From Cycas panzhihuaensis (taxonomy: Eukaryota; Plantae; Cycadophyta), in assembly GCA_023213395.1 (NCBI GenBank), contig CM041465.1:232693741-232757740 (forward strand): a DNA stretch of 64,000 nt. The letters are read 5' to 3'. This document shows, piece after piece, positions 38,784 to 51,552 of the stretch; position 1 is the stretch's first letter; the number at the start of each line of letters is the position of its first letter. A program made the position numbers and the translations under genes. The notes beneath the pieces were generated by a model that had not been told where the DNA came from, did no database searches, and saw only the letters and a list, made by a program, of their open reading frames with translations.

Positions 38784-40811
38784 CTACGAGGGAGTCTTCA
38801 TAGCCTGAAATGTTGTCTCCGAACAATGACTTACTATGGTGGCCGAGGTTGCAGTAGTTGAGGACATTGTATCGTCCTCCACTTTTTCAATGTGCAGTCC
38901 ATCTGAGCAAAGAGGCAATACAACTTTCTTCCCTTCAGAATGTAAAGTAAAGGCCAGCTTCCCCCAATCTTGTAATGCCTCTGTTGTCAATAGCCATGGC
39001 CATCCCAAAAGTGCAGGGTATGTTTTATTGTAGTTTTGCATTTTAACAACTGCAAAATCCAAGCAAACCGTGATTCTCGCCACCGTCACTGGGATATTCA
39101 ACAAAGATCCCATTGGTCGGACTTGTAATTGGTTTGCTAACCGAATTGTATAATCTAGGGAAACCAATTTCAGCCGTCCCAGTGAAATCCATGTGGATTC
39201 AGGAAGTACATTCACTCCCGATCCACCATCAACTATTGTTTTACAAATCATTATTCCACACAGAGTCATCGAAACTCTTGGATCAATTGCATCTACCTTC
39301 ATTGCTCGCAATACTGGTTTATCCATATGATCCAAGATCATTTGTTGGAAATAACTGGCTTCCCACCATTTGAAAATAACAGTTATTGGAATAGTTATAC
39401 CTGACTCTGTTAGTAATTCCTTTATATCTTGTAATTTCTACCAAGGATTCTTTTCCGATTGCTCATCACATGCTGGCGGTCGCCTTTGATATACTTGTCC
39501 TCTAAATCGATTTGCTTGCTCCATCTCAGTTAACTACACCATCCTTGTCGCCTCTTCTATAGCTTCGACCGCTTCTTGCAATCTTTTCTTTTCCACTGTT
39601 GGATCAGGGAAGTTCTCTTCATTTATTGTGCCTATGATCCTTTTGCTTCTCATTTGAATATACACTGGTTTCTCCTTATCTGGAATTTTAGTAGCCAGAT
39701 TTGAAGTCTGCACTTTCAGACCAGAATTCTTTGGGCAATTTGCCCACTCATGGTCTACTAGGCCACATTCTTCACAAATGTAGTCTTTCCCTTGCTTCTG
39801 TAGTGGACAATCCGTCCTGAAATGCCCCCATCTCGAACACAAATGACAATGAATTGACTTTGTCTTGCCCTTGTATTGTTTAAAGGAAGAATTTTCTTTC
39901 TTTTGATAGAAAGATTCTCTCACTGGATTCTTGTGATAACATTCCCATGTATAGTGGTTTCCTCTCTTGCATATCTCGCACCATCTTCTCTCCACTTGTT
40001 GGTGTTCATTTTTAAAATGACTTGGTTGTCCACAAGGGGGAGGGCACCATATGTTCTCTCAGGATTTTCCCATTTTTAATCTAGCAATCTTCGTCCTTAG
40101 ATTTTCAATTTCTTCATTCTACTGATTTGTTTTAGCAGACATTACTAAGGGTTGTTGTTTTAACATCTCTACATCCTTGTTTAAAACTTCAATTTCTGAG
40201 TTTGTGGTCCATAGAGGTAAGGATGTTTGCCCAACATTCTGGGTTCCATTTTGTAGGTATGCTGTCCTCATTTGATTTTCAAAACGCAACACTAGTTTTT
40301 TAACCTGCTCATAACTATTTAGTGGATGAAACATAATTTTCTCCTTCAAATGGGGCAGCAACCCCTGTACAAAATACTTCAGAGATAACATCGGATTTAT
40401 TGGCATAAGAGGATCCATTTTATTCAGGATGATTTTAAGTCTGCCATTAAAATCATTGACTGACTGACCTAGTAGTTGTCTGATTTCCTCCAAAGCTTGG
40501 AATATTGACACTGGATCTCTTAACTGCTGGAACTTGTCCAAAAATTGTGTCTGGACTATTTCCCAAGTGGGATTTGTCTTTGCTATGTACTGGTACCATG
40601 CAATTGCTGTCCCTCGCAGCATGGAGAAGAATTTTGCCTTAATTTCCTTTAAATCTATGATCTTTTTAATCTTCAACATATTAGAGAATAAAGCCAGATG
40701 GTCTCCAGGATCTCCTGAGCCATCGAATTGTAAGTGCCCGAACATGGCATCATTCTGGACTATTACATATGGAGGAACTGTTTGGTTTCCCCCCCACCCC
40801 CGCCATTCCAT
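38784..40811 (-). pseudogene. Element F Gag (capsid, three Cys/His knuckles) and protease
   Basis: FDGSGDPGDHL..LRGTAIAWY..YFVQGL; CEICKRGNHYTWEC, CHLCSRWGHFRTDC, CEECGLVDHEWANC; IVDGGSGVNVLPE. Confidence 0.92.
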
Positions 40812-41849
40812 TACCTTGCAACATTTTTATCAGGCCTGAAGATTTTGGCCCTTCTAGCCCAGTTGTGTTAAATTCTCCCTCACTCCTTCCTTGCCTTAAG
40901 GCTGCACTTTCTGAGCATTCTTCCACAAATGATGAGCTTGAAATTATCCGAGTCATTCTATACAACGGATTTAGCACATGAGAATGGGATTCTTTTACCT
41001 CTAGAATGTAACAGTCCCACCCTGCTGTGGTGGTACTATATACCTCCAAATTAATTGACTTTCCCTCTTCTGTGGCAGTCTGCTTTTCTTCAAGTCTCTA
41101 TAGATTCAGAACTTCTTCCTGATTTTCTACAGGTTTCAACAATTTGTTCCTCTGATTTTCTTCAGAATTCAGAATTTCTTCCTGATTTTCTTCAGATTTC
41201 AGCAAATCTTCAGAATTCAACGAATCTTTCTTCTGCAGATCTTTAGAATTCAACAAGTCTTTCTTCGACAAATTTTCAGTATTCTTTTGATTTTCTTCAA
41301 ATTTCAGGATTTCTTCTTGATTTTCTTCAAGTTTTAGTCACAAATCTTTAGAGTTCAGCAAATCTTTTCTTTGATTTTCTTCAGAAATTTTCAATTTTCT
41401 CTCCTTTGCCTGGTTATCTTCACAATTCTGGAGGTCTTTACCTTCTTCTCGTCTATCTTGAGACTCTTGCAGGTCTCCCTTTCTCGCTTATCTTGGCTCT
41501 TCTTCTTTCTCAGGAATCTGACATTCCTTATTTTTAGTTTTCTTTTCTTCTTCTGGCTGTCTCTTGTCCTCCTGGGCCTCCTCTTCTCTGCCACGTCCTG
41601 TGCATGCAACTGGGGTCTGGCTTTCTTCCTGCCGCCCCTTCCAACCTCTTTTCTTCCCCGGTTTTCTTTCTATCGGTTCCTTGGGTTTGCGAGTGCCTTA
41701 TTGGCTTTTCTCTACTTCCCAACGTTGACTTCTCTCTTGTCCTGACTCAACCTTTCTCAACGAGTTAGCCCTAGGTGGCATGGACGGCCTCTGATCTTCA
41801 ACAGCGTCTCATCTTTCTTCTGGTTAGGATACTGGCAACGGAACCAAGA

Positions 41850-42425
41850 TGTGCGCCTCTCTTCACATCCCTAACTAACGTACATAATTCATCACAAGAA
41901 GAGAGACACAGTGTTGGTGGAAACATCAATAACTAACTTTATTCATGACATAAAGGGCATTGCGTCTGGTCCTCTCACAACCAGACAAAGGCCTGGGCAA
42001 TTACAACTAGAGGACAACCCTCACAATGCGTGCATCTCAGCCAGATCTTCCTCTGCATACACGATTGATGGATCATTTAATAGATGTCTATTCTACTTCT
42101 TTATATACGGTTGATACATGGTTACATAACTGATTTTTTAACTTCAGTTTTGTCCTATTCCTAGCTAATCTACCCGCTGCCCATCTCTGCCCAAGCCACC
42201 CTCGGTCAGCCCGAGTTGCACTCAGGTCCGTTGGTTACACTCGAGCGGTAGTCTTCACGATTCTGTACCACCCGAGATAGTTGCAACCGCAGTCAGCAAT
42301 CTCCTCTTACTTGTAGCAGCAGTCTCTTCTCAGTTGCAGCAGCCTTCACAGTTGCGACTATTTACTACTACAGTCCTTTTCGTATTTGTTGGTTGCACCT
42401 CAAAATGTTGTTTAGGCCGTACACA
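41850..42425 (-). repeat. 5' LTR of element F
   Basis: Between PBS (41832-41846) and TSD GTAGT. Confidence 0.92.
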
Positions 42426-42723
42426 GTAGTTTTGGTATTTCAATGGCTACAAACACTAGGGAATATCGTTACCAATTATATGACAAGATTTATGTGTTTC
42501 TGACAAAAGGGATGGAAATAACGACTGTAAGCCCCAACCACACCTCCAATTCATCTCATATCATCTCACAGAATGGAACAGATTCTAAAGAAGAATCCAC
42601 AAGCGTACATAATGTCATGTTACAAAGTAGAAAGATGCAACGTAGGAGTTTGAAGAATGCATGTAGAAAAATAGGCCCTTACCAATGCTTTGAGGGCAAA
42701 GTATGTTTTGAAGGGCAGGGACC

Positions 42724-43310
42724 TGTAACATTTCAAAAATATAGTCAAAACTATGCCATGTAACCATTCAAATCGAAGGCCTCTGAACGAGGATTCCAAC
42801 GGTTTAGACGAAAGTCAATTCCAACATCTATGTCAAAAGTTATGACCATTTAAAGTTAGCTTGCCAGTTTTTGGAGAAGTTATGGCCGACTTCTATTTGA
42901 GCAGTATTAAGGATAATATCACCCAGTCAGGCCGACTTCTAATTGAAGTATTTTGATCAGTATATATAGGAAGTTTGGGCTGCATCCCAAACCATCATTC
43001 GAAGGTTCTTTTGGTCGGGCATTTTCGGTTTTAGGATTGCAATTAGCTCACCCTTTTGGGGGTTGCGGTTTGGAGGGTTCCTCGTCTCGAAGAGGGAAGC
43101 TTACTTCTTCAAGAAAGACTGGTAATTTGTTGTAATTTCGTTCTATTTTGGTATTATTTGACAATAAAGATTATTATTTACTTTGGCGGATTCTGTAATT
43201 CCTGTTCCTTGTTCATTTTCTTATTGAATAGCATCTAGTTATTATTTTTTCTGGATTATTACATGTATTTTTGAGGAAAATTGCTATTAAAGTAGAACCA
43301 GATCGCTACA
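42724..43310 (+). repeat. 3' LTR of chromovirus E
   Basis: Homologous to 32890-33474. Confidence 0.95.
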
Positions 43311-44405
43311 AAATTGTCCAATCGTCTAAGAACACCTCTATCGTCTTTCCAATTGTTTGCCTAAAGATATTTAGGATCACTCTTTAGAAGGTAGCTGGAG
43401 CATTAGTTAGCCCAAGAGATATGACTCTATAAGCATAAGTTCCCCTTTTAGTAAATAAATGTTTTCAATTGATCCTTTGGGGTAATGTGCACTTCATTGT
43501 ATTCGCAAAAACCATTAGTAAACGAGTACACCTCATGTGCTGCCACCTTCTCTAACATGTCTTCGAAGAAGGGAATGGGAAAATGAACCTTCTTTGTCAC
43601 TTTATTCAGAGCTTTGTATTCTAAACAAACTCTGAGCTTTCAATTTTACTTAGGAACTACCACCACTGGACTCATCCATGCGTTGTTTTCAACTTCAAAG
43701 ATGTAGTTGACTTCCAACAATTTGTCCAATTCTGCCTTCACCTTCTCCTTGGATTTGGGATTCATCCTTTAGGGGTGTTGTCGTACATGCTTTGCTCCCT
43801 CTATGAGTTCTATATGATGCTCTCCCAATTCTGGTGGAATGCTTTTTAGGTCCTTATAGGACTAGGCAAGGACATCTTTATATTCGATAAGTAGTGTTGT
43901 GTCCTGTTGAACTGTCTGAACATCCTAATAATCTCCTATACTGATTATCTAGGGTTGTTCTGTTGTGCCTATATTGATCTGTTTTAAGTTAAGTTGCTCC
44001 CTTGCACTGTTTTTCCATATTGGATTAAAGTATAAGCCGAGGTTTTGTCAATCATTCGTTCTCCATACTCCAACGTTGAGGAGGCAGGAGGAGAATTATG
44101 TGCCTCTACTGAAACGTCTTCTTCAATAATAGGTTTCATTTCAGATTTCTATTCAATAAATTCCATCTGGAAATAGTTTTAATCTACATCCCTCATTTTG
44201 TTTTAAACATGATAAGAACTTTTTGGATTTTCTTATGCTCACTGTGGTATGCAAAAGTCTAACAAAAATTTGTAGTCAATAAATCTGAATCCATGACTTG
44301 TGCATTTTTATGATTTTGATACCATGCTATAGAAATGCCTTTGAAAGTCTAGGCCCGTCGTTGGGTCCATTTAGCTTTTGGAATGTTATTTATTGTTCAA
44401 GTTTG
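43311..44405 (-). pseudogene. Element H: RT N-terminal half and the protease-RT spacer
   Basis: Minus-strand KDLKSIPPELGEHHIEL, WMSPVVVVPK, LTNAPATF and EVFLDDWT motifs; spacer TFKGISIAWY at about 44320-44350. Confidence 0.88.
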
Positions 44406-44703
44406 TGAAAAGGGTTAATGACATAAGGTCATTACATTAGTTGATTATTTCGAAAAAGGGTCTTAAGTGAACTTTAAATTAGATCACTTAAGTGAAATGC
44501 ACTTTCATGTGCATTATGTGTAATTTCATTTCACCTAACCCAAATACTCCCTCTCTCAATATAAAAGTAAAGCTCAATGGAGGAGATTCATTCTTTACCT
44601 CCCCATTTTGTGAGAGCTACTTTCTTTCTCTCAAGTCTCTCTTGCTCCCATGTTTGCCTTTGTGTTTAGTGCATGGAGATGAAGGATAGATCCACTCATT
44701 TCA
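44406..44703 (+). repeat. 5' LTR of Copia D
   Basis: TGAAAAGGG..CACTCATTTCA. Confidence 0.96.
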
Positions 44704-45243
44704 TGTGGTATCGAGCTTGCTTCCTTCATATTCCCCACTTGCACTTGCAATGGAGCCATCACTTCCTTCTCCCCACAATCCATGTGGTGAAGGAGATTGT
44801 GAAAGTGAATTTAGAAATATTTTCAAGTTATTATGATAGCATATTTTGTATTGTTTTCCTTTCCTTTCTCTTTTGCGGTTTGGAAGCATAATACAAGGAG
44901 TTGTAAGGCCCAAGGATTCCAATCCTTTCTTTGGCCATTCATGCTATCCCATTCTTCTTTTCTTTTCCTTTTTGTCCATTTAACAAGGAAATGTTCTTAG
45001 AAATTTCTCCGACATTTAGAAGAATGATTGTAAGGGAGTTTTACCCATTTTTTAAAGAATTTTGAGCCATTTAAAATATCTATCATTGTATGCTCTCACC
45101 TTGCCCATATTGGGATCACGGTGATCAAAAATGATGGAAATTTCATATGGTATCATGTGTTAATGAGAGATTAGAAAGCTGAAATTTCTGCAGAAATTCA
45201 ATTTGATTGCTGAACTTCACAGGTCTGCAAAATCTTCTACAGA

Positions 45244-45272
45244 GATCCACTCATTTCATGTGGTATCAGAGC
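45244..45272 (+). other. Second copy of the LTR 3' end plus a perfect tRNA-iMet PBS inside the Copia D leader
   Basis: GATCCACTCATTTCA-TG-TGGTATCAGAGC, repeating the LTR/PBS junction at 44689-44716. Confidence 0.9.
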
Positions 45273-46332
45273 AATATCCGGTGTCCTCACTCACTTATTG
45301 AGCATTGCATTTCAGCACTCTAAAATCAGTCAAAGCAAGCACTCCAAAGACACTTCAAGCAAGCACTCCAAAAGCACTCCAAGCAAGCATTATTTTCAGT
45401 TAAATGTACGTTTGATGCAATTCGATAATCTTTTCACTCTTCCTAAAAGGAACGCATCACGTCGCTATTTTCCGCCATCTTGTACTGTTCACACACGTCA
45501 AGGTTGAGATACCTTGGTTGGCGTAATCTTGGTGCCATAAAGGAGGTGTGGGTTTCAAGTTGGGTCGGACTAAACCGAATATTGGTGAGGTTTGGTTAGC
45601 CATACCATCGTGCCTCAATCGGGGATCATCACGATAACCAACCGAAAAGCGAAACTTTACTACAAGATTAAAATATACCCGATCCAATATCCGTCATAGC
45701 CATGGGTATGCACGTACCACTCTTTAGAGGAGGTATATAGGCGCTCATTGGTGAGCTGGGTGAGGATTGGGAGTACACAGGCTCCGTTGTGACTTGGATT
45801 TCATCACCAAGCACGATTGCGGGTATCGCGGGTGAAGGCCAAATTAATTCTACTAGAAGCCTAGGCATCCCTTCAACAACCTCAACTACACGTTGGACAC
45901 AAGTTAGAGGTTATTGGGTTGATTACGCATCCTACATTCGAGCTTCAAGTTGTGTAAACCTAATGATGTCAACTTCTACATTGGCCTACAATCTTGTATA
46001 TTGATCACTTACTTATTTGTAAAAGTGATCCATAGTGTAATCACAATCATAGTGCTTCTCATATTCTGCTGCGTCGGTTAATATTTGCCTCTAGTGTTAG
46101 TGGCCAATTTTTATCATAGTTCTTCTCATATTCCTGCTGCGTCAGGTTAATATCTGTCACAAGTGTTGGTGACTTTTCTCTAAGTTGCTCCCTTCATCTT
46201 TGAGCAACCATTCTCACTTCTTCTTCCTTCTTCTACACTACTTCATTACATTTCCCATTTGTAAATAGTGATCGGTCATTTATTACCATCACTTTTATAG
46301 TCCTTGTTCATTTCTTCCCTTCTAAAAGACAC

Positions 46333-49300
46333 AATGTCTTCACAATTCAAGCAAAATGTGAACTGCATTCTAAAGGGAAAGAAAATTGGGACATGTGGTT
46401 CACGGTGTCGAAATCTTTGCCAAAGTATGAAGGTCTATGGAGAGATCACTTACAACCTACACCACTGTTGCATTCTGACTACCACAAGCTGCTTGAGGAG
46501 GTGCTCAACCGCTCCCATCAAGGCGTAGCTAAGCGCCAATGGGAACTTGATGATGATAAAATCCGTGCGGGGATCTTGCTTGTCAGATTATTCCTGCATA
46601 ATCTCATTGATGAAGCGTACATGATACTGACATGGAAAGTTCTTGAAGTTCTTAAGAAGAACTTTGACACTAAATCGGACTTAGAATTTGTTCACTTAGT
46701 CTTTGAAGATGAACAAATTGAAAATGCAAAAAGGACATGCAAGTGAGACAATCAATCTCCTTCGTCCAATCAAGCAAGCCATTGATAAAGATTTTAAAAC
46801 TCAATGCATTACATGGGCTTTCTTGATTCGATCATGTCTCCATATCCCATTATAAAAATCTATTGGGAGTCTTCAATCCTGGAACTTTAAAGACCCTAAA
46901 CTTTGAGGATCTTGGCGATAAGTTCATTGAATTTGATAAGACCTTTGATACCAACTTTGCCACTACATCGGATCCAATTGATCTTTGCTTTTGAAGTGGA
47001 AGAAGATCTTTGTTACACCAAAAATCAAGGTCAATACTCTCGTAGAGGTGGTAATTCGAGGAAGAGGAAGAGGTAGACAACAAGGACAACGTCCTCTTAG
47101 TCAACAGCTCCTCAATTCCAACAAAAAGCAGTCTCAAGGCCAAGGGCAAAATAATCAACACGGACCTAGATCCGATGTCGAGAGACAATCCGGCCGGTCT
47201 AATACTTGGTGGAAATCAAACAATCGTGTGCCAAAGGTGTAATAGAAGAGGACATTATGCCAAAAATTGCGAGCGCCACCAACAAACTACCAAGTTATCA
47301 ACGTAGCCATGGTGCACATAATGTTGATAATACTTCTTTTGAAGATGCTTTTGGTGGAGCATAATTTGCTCATGCACACCTTCAAAGAATTGGGACCACT
47401 TCATCAAATGTTGTTGATAGATCCACTAAGTATATTGAGGCTCATTGTGGCTATGCTTATTCACTTTTGCCTTCACCACTTGGAGTTGCAAATAGTGCTA
47501 CCTCAAATACTTCATCGTGGATCATGGATCTGGAGCAACACAACACATGACTTGTCATCGCCATTCTTTCAAGATTTTGACTACGAAGTTCGTGGTGTTG
47601 TACACATGGTGACAAATCATCTCGGCCGATCGAAGGACTTGGAGCAGTTTGCACGAAACTCCCGGGCCTTCAGTTTTACACTTGTTGATGTTTTATATAT
47701 TCACCTTTCTGAGCGGAATCTGCTCTCCCCTGTCCACCCTTGTCTCTCGTGGATTTGATCCGAGTGTAGCGCAAACAATCAAACTCTCCGTGTCTTTCAC
47801 CCTCCTTCAAATCTTTGTGGTTATGAGGAATTCTTGATGGTAAACTTTTCGCCTAAGCGGCTCACCATCCTCTGAAGTCAACTATGTTGATGATGAATTT
47901 GTTTTACCACAACCACGACTCCTCAAAGTTGTCCCAAGCAGCTCTATGGCATGCTCGTATGGGCCATATCAAAATTGATCGTTTAAGAGAACTACAAGAC
48001 ACTCTTCCTGGTTTGCCTAAGTTCCCCTCCAAGCCCTTTAAATGTGAATTATGTATTATTGCTAAATCTCAAAGACAACCTTTTCCTCGTAGTCAGTGGA
48101 AATCTACCCAACCTTTGCAGCTTGTACACTCAGATATATGCGGTCCTATGCCCATCCCTTCTATCAATCAGAAGTGGTACTATATTACTTTCATTGATGA
48201 TTTTACCAAGAAAGTATGGGTTGCTTTTCTTGCAAAGAAAGATGAAGCTTTTTCTATGTTTCAAGCTTTCAAGGCCCGCGTGGAAAATGAATCGGATTCA
48301 AGATCAAAATACTCGGGGTGACAATGGTGGCGGTACACATCCAATGAGTTTGAATCGTACCTCGTCAACGTGGAATCAAACATCGGACCAACATTGCGGT
48401 ACACCCGACAAAATGGAGTTAGAAGCGTATGAGCAGGACCATCATGAATATGGCTCGTGCTATCTTTGGTATATAAGAATGTCCCTATCTATCTTTGGTG
48501 AGGCTATACGGGCTTGTGTATTGCATCAACACTGTTAGTCCCTCCAAGCTCGGCCCCTCTCCACATGAAATGTGGTATAGACAAACCCCCTCTATCTCGC
48601 ACTTCAGAATTTTTGGCTCTACTTGTTATGCTCATATTTTGCAGGAACATAGAAATAAGCTCCAAGATAGAGCCATCAAAGGCATCTTTGTCGGATACCC
48701 TATGGACAAAAAGGGATACAAGGTTTTATACCTTGAGCGCAAAATCATCATCACTAGAGATGTTATCTTTGCGAGACCGAAGATCAATTACTCAGACTTG
48801 ACTCCAAAGGCCTTCATATCGATTTAATGATGCTCTTGAATTTGATGTCAGTTCCAAAATTTAGGGAGATCTTTGAGCAGATGCTTAAAATCTTGGAATC
48901 GACAATAGAGCCTCGAAGGATACAAAATGTGACTCAATCCAATGTGTACACATCCGGCACCATCATTTGTGAGCGACCAAGTTGACAAAGGCAAAGCCAT
49001 AGCGAAGGATCATCTTCTCCAACATCCGTGGTGGCCCATCTTCTCCGACATCGTCAACTTCCTCCGTGCCAAATATTTCACATGATCCTTTTCGGGATCA
49101 AAGCGAAGACCAAGAGGTTGTGGAAATGAAAACCTCATTCCCAACTCGAGGTTTTCGTGAAACCTACCGACTACACAAGGACATGCGACCGGATGAGGTA
49201 GGCAAAGCGGCACTAGAAGTGCCCATAGAGCAAGGATGCATGAATCACTTTCCGTTGAGCTTGAACCCAGTGAGCGCATCTTGCTCTTAATGAAGAGCCC

Positions 49301-50823
49301 CTAACGTACCAAGAAGGCGTAAAGCATGCGACTTGGAGAAATGCCATGAGCGAAGAGTATCAATCTCTTATTAAGAGCGGTACATGGGAGCTTGTTGATC
49401 TACCACTTGGAAGAAAGGTAGTTCAAAATAAATGGGTGTTCAAAACAAGTATAGATCGGATGGCACCCTAGAAAACACAAAGGCGAGGTTGGTAGCAAAG
49501 GATTCACGCAAAGGGAAGGCATTGACTACTGCGAAATCTTTGCTCCTACAACCAAGTGGCCTACAATCGAACTCTAATAGCCTTGGTACGCTCAGCGAGG
49601 TTGGAAAATCCACCAACTCGATGTTAAGACCGCATTTCTCAATGGGGACCTTAAAGAAGAAATTTACATGGCTCGGCCGGAAGGATCACGAGATTGTGAT
49701 CGGGGAACATAAAGTTTGTAGGCTCAAAAGTCCTTATACTGACCTAAAGCAAGCCCCTCGTGCTTGGTTTACCAAGTTGTCTGAAAGAATGAGGCAACTT
49801 GGATATGAGGTTGTGACTATCAAGATATTGATGCAACATTATTCATCAAGCGCCAAAATGATAAAGTCACTTACCTCTTAATCTTTGTGGATGACATGCT
49901 CATAGCAGGGAATAGTGAGCAGTGTCGGCCGGTGAAGAAGGACCTTGCTAAAACTTTTGAATTATCGACCTCGGGTTGATGAAATATTACTTGGGAATTG
50001 AAGTAACTCAAAAGATGGCAAAATCTCTCTCCCAAGTAAAATATATCAACGATATTCTGACAAAGTTTCAGTTGGAAGGTGCTCGACCAGTGGATACACC
50101 TATGGAGCCTAATATTAAGCTCTCGTTGATGGTGACAATAGGGAGGCGGGCGCAACACTCTCTGAGCAACTTGTAGGTAGTCTCATCTATACTACCAACA
50201 CAAGGCCAGATATTACACACTCTGTCGGCATTCTTGCAAGATTCATGACAATCCTAAGCAGAATCATTGGCAAGCTGCAATACGAGTGTTGAGGTACCTA
50301 AAGACGACTAGCAAATATGGTACATTGTATGAACCCAATGCGAATTTAAACTTTATGCATACAGACTCGGACTTTGGGAGATAAAGACACGGGAAGATCT
50401 ACGTGCAGGTGCGTAACATTTCTTGGAGCGACACCAATATCATGGAGATCCAGACAGCAAAAGATAGTTGGAGACTCAAGCTACTTTGAAGGCGAGTACA
50501 TTCTTTGCTTACGAGACAAGCAAGGAGGTGATATGGCTTAGAAAATTGTTGAATACATTAAATGCCACCCAAACAAGTTCTACTAGCTTACATGTAGATA
50601 ATCAATCTACAATCCGGATGGCTAAAAATCACATGTTTCATGATCGTACCAAACATATAAGTACAAAAGTCCACGAGTTAGAGAACTAGTTCATGATGGC
50701 ACAATTCAATTAGATCTTGCCCACAGCAGATCAAGTGGCCGATATCTTCACCAAACCACTGAAGAGGGTGAAGTTTGAACAGTTCCGAAAGCAACTCGAC
50801 CTTAGGGCCTCCATCTCTGACTG
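46333..50823 (+). pseudogene. Copia D gag-pol (all domains, many frameshifts)
   Basis: LWHARMGH..CELCIIAK..LVHSDICGP..FIDDFTKKVW; FRIFGSTCYAHI; KARLVAK; LKQAPRAWF; YYLGIEV; VDNQSTI..FHDRTKHI; ADIFTKPL. Confidence 0.92.
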
Positions 50824-50859
50824 ATTGAAGGAGATGACAATAGGACCATCATACTCTGT

Positions 50860-51002
50860 CTCATTCGTGAAAACCCCTTGTGGGCGCGGAAGGACAAGAG
50901 TAAGTCTCTGCTCTATCCCATTCGTGAAAACCCCATGTGGGCGCGAAAGGATAAGGGTTGTATCATTTTGGAAAATCGGAACTTGTGAAAACCCGAAAGG
51001 GC
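50860..51002 (+). repeat. Degenerate 58-bp tandem repeat in the Copia D 3' UTR
   Basis: CATTCGTGAAAACCCC(T/A)TGTGGGCGCG occurs twice, plus a partial third GTGAAAACCC. Confidence 0.8.
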
Positions 51003-51254
51003 ATGGGGGATGACCAAATGGTATATGGAGACTCGATGAATTTCAGCTACAAAATTTATTGTCTTGATTGGCTATCGGCTACATTTAAAGAGTACTGAGC
51101 CAAGTTAGTAGATTAGAAAATTTGTGGGTTTTCTTCCCCATGAGGGTTTCCCATAAAAGTATCATACTAGTTTGCTTTGTAAGAGGCTCAAATGAAGACC
51201 TCATAGGATAGAATAAAATAGAATGAAATGACCTTCTACCATTAAGGGGGAGAT

Positions 51255-51552
51255 TGAAAAGGGTTAATGACATAAGGTCATTACATTAGTTGATTATTTC
51301 GAAAAAGGGTCTTAAGTGAACTTTAAATTAGATCACTTAAGTGAAATGCACTTTCATGTGCATTATGTGTAATTTCATTTCACCTAACCCAAATGCTCCC
51401 TCTCTCAATATAAAAGTAAAGCTCAATGGAGGAGATTCATTCTTTACCTCCCCATTTTGTGAGAGCTACTTTCTTTCTCTCAAGTCTCTCTTGCTCCCAT
51501 GTTTGCCTTTGTGTTTAGTGCATGGAGACGAAGGATAGATCCACTCATTTCA
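51255..51552 (+). repeat. 3' LTR of Copia D
   Basis: Near-identical to 44406-44703. Confidence 0.96.

Larger units (their letters stand above)
35044..42425 (-). mobile_element. Element F: non-chromovirus Ty3/Gypsy with RT, RNase H and integrase core deleted, extra 3' ORF retained; nested in E
   Basis: LTRs 35044-35601 and 41850-42425. Exact TSD GTAGT (35039-35043, 42426-42430). PBS, minus TGGTTCCGTTGCCAG, resembles the tRNA-Asp PBS of Athila-type elements. Confidence 0.92.
32890..43310 (+). mobile_element. Element E: chromovirus (Reina-like) deletion derivative, Gag-protease only, inserted in the RT of H and carrying nested F
   Basis: LTRs 32890-33474 and 42724-43310 (TGTAACA..GCTACA). TSD AAATC/AAATT (32885-32889, 43311-43315). 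Perfect tRNA-iMet PBS TGGTATCAGAGC at 33477-33488. PPT GAAGGGCAGGGACC before 42724. Confidence 0.92.
44406..51552 (+). mobile_element. Element D: young Ty1/Copia retrotransposon nested in H
   Basis: 298-bp LTRs 44406-44703 and 51255-51552 differ at two positions that I could find. Exact TSD GTTTG (44401-44405, 51553-51557). PBS after 44703; PPT TAAGGGGGAGAT before 51255. Confidence 0.96.
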
